Shown here in pieces: positions 61,687 through 64,000 of a DNA stretch of 64,000 nt. Each line of letters begins with the position of its first letter. The stretch's first letter is position 1. The notes beneath the pieces are model-generated. The model had not been told where the DNA came from. It made no database searches and saw only the letters and a program-made list of their open reading frames with translations. This DNA comes from Amoebidium appalachense (lineage: Eukaryota > Protista > Ichthyosporea). The stretch lies in assembly GCA_963693365.1 (NCBI GenBank), contig CAVNZM010000003.1, positions 530,851 through 594,850 of the forward strand, in the 5' to 3' direction. The translations under genes and the position numbers were made by a program.

Positions 61687-62014
61687 ACACCCCTTCCCCC
61701 TCCCCCCCCTCCCTCTCCCCCCCCCCCCCTCCCCTCCCACCACCACCACCCCCACAAACCCCACCACCACAACCATCATCACCACCACATACATGCACAT
61801 ACAGAAACACATACAATAATACCCAATCCCCCCCCCCCCCCCCCCCCCCCCCAAACACACACACACACAATCCGTGACACCGGCACCACCGTAATGATTT
61901 ACCAACCGACTTGTTGCCTCTTGCTTTCCCTTTTCGCTCCCACCTCTTCCCCTCCCATGCTACGCCCATCTGCTTGCATCCCTGCCAATCCCGGTAACCA
62001 TACCGAGACCCCTC

Positions 62015-62057
<43 letters not shown>

Positions 62058-62764
62058 TCCCCCTGGCCAACCGTTCTATAACAGACTACTCCCCTCCTCC
62101 CCCAGTCCACCCCCTCCCCCGCCCCCCAAATCTTCTCCTCCCCCCACCTCCCCCCGACCCTGCCCCATGGGTTCTCACTGCTGTCAATTTCGAAATAAAA
62201 AGCCAACACCATTATCCTCCTACGTATACAGTAGCTACGCGTACCACGTCTAACCGAGCCCCAACTACACACGCACAATATGATACAAGGAATCAGCCCG
62301 GAGAGGAGGTAAAGGATAGGTAGAGGGGAGGTTCGGGGAAGAAGTGTGTGGGGGGGGGGGGGGGGGGGGAGGGAGAGAGAGAGTTTGGGTGGGAGGGGGG
62401 AGGAGGGAGGGAGGGAGGGACTATGGCATCTCATTTTTACGCAGGCTAGGCAAACCTCCAGAATCATAAATTGTGAAAATATTTCTTGAACGCGTAATCT
62501 CAATACGGAAGAATCACCCAACATTGAATACCGGCCCAAGTTTAAGCCTCTGTGGATAGCCCAGAGGCATTTTTTTTCTTCTTCTTTGGCTGGTTTTCTG
62601 TTTTACTCACATTCTTCACATTTCAGTCCTGCTAGTCTACCAGCATGTAGGCTGCACACGCACGTGATTTCGAGTGTTTAAAAACACGTTATGAAGGTTT
62701 TAGTAGCTATGAGTATGATTTAGATACTATACTTGTACTAGTAGTCATCGTAGGAATCTGCCTA

Positions 62765-62801
<37 letters not shown>

Positions 62802-63069
62802 CCCCCCCCTCCTCTCCTCCCCCCCCCCCCCCCCCCCCCCCCCCCGTTACACCGTAACGGGGTGTTTAGGGGGCATGAAACTGTTGGTTTGCCCCCCAAA
62901 AAAGCTAGAAGCTCAACAAAAACAGCTATCAGAACGTGTTTCTCATATTTAAATGCCAGCACGACCAATGAGCACGAAAACACCCCGGGTTAAAACCCTA
63001 TTGACACGATAATTCAATGTGATTACATCAAGCTTCGGTGCAAAAAATTTTCGGTACAAAAATTTCCTG

Positions 63070-63110
<41 letters not shown>

Positions 63111-63369
63111 TTCCCCCCCATCCTCCAGCCCCCTAACCCCCCCCCCCCCCCTCCCCACAGGAACTACCTTCTATCAAATCTCCACATCTGTTTCGCATAT
63201 TAATTACGTCGACCGTTTCTGAGATATGTTTCATGCGCAATAAATCTCGGTTACTAGCTAGTTTTCAAGTTTAATAGAGACGACGTGCACTCACATAATT
63301 TTTAATCAGTATTGTGTGTCACTATCTGTGTGTGTACATGCGTGTGTGTGCTGCGCATCTCTCTAACCC

Positions 63370-63403
<34 letters not shown>

Positions 63404-63415
63404 TTCTCGATCTGA

Positions 63416-63462
<47 letters not shown>

Positions 63463-63499
63463 CCCCCCCCCCCCTCCCCCTCTCTCTCTCCCTCTCCCT

Positions 63500-63585
<86 letters not shown>

Positions 63586-63628
63586 TTCTCCCTCTATTTC
63601 TCCCTCCCTCCCTCTCCTTCTCTCATTC

Positions 63629-63672
<44 letters not shown>

Positions 63673-63755
63673 TCTCTCTCTCTCTCTGCACCTTGCATCC
63701 GACGTCCAGTGCACACTTGCCGGCAGCATGCGCTCGTGTGCCAAGCGGGGTGTAC

Positions 63756-64000
<245 letters not shown>

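Overview
Eukaryotic, intron-rich genomic DNA whose introns and intergenic regions are packed with poly-C/poly-G, (CA)n/(TG)n and (CT)n/(GA)n tracts. Almost all ORF-track entries are translations of these repeats. A unicellular opisthokont such as a holozoan protist is my unverified guess. Manual splicing with phase checking gives five protein-coding genes. (1) An intronless secreted S1 serine protease (920-1711, +). (2) A 7-exon secreted Cys-rich plus VWA protein (9480-13138, +). (3) A ~32-exon, ~2080-aa type I membrane protein (17706-44227, +) with six degenerate Cu-only-SOD-like domains in three pairs, furin-like/TNFR-like Cys-rich modules, a Ser/Thr linker, a SEA-like region, one TM helix and a short Tyr-containing tail. 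(4) A USF/MiT/Cbf1-type bHLH-ZIP factor (47056 to ~52114, -; 5' exons uncertain). (5) A 2-exon, probably GPI-anchored Cys-rich helical protein (55865-58316, -). There are also minisatellites, local duplications and a ~930-bp MITE-like element. The stand-out is gene 3: a receptor-like pseudo-SOD repeat protein in which no domain keeps all four Cu-binding histidines, with convertase sites between domains.
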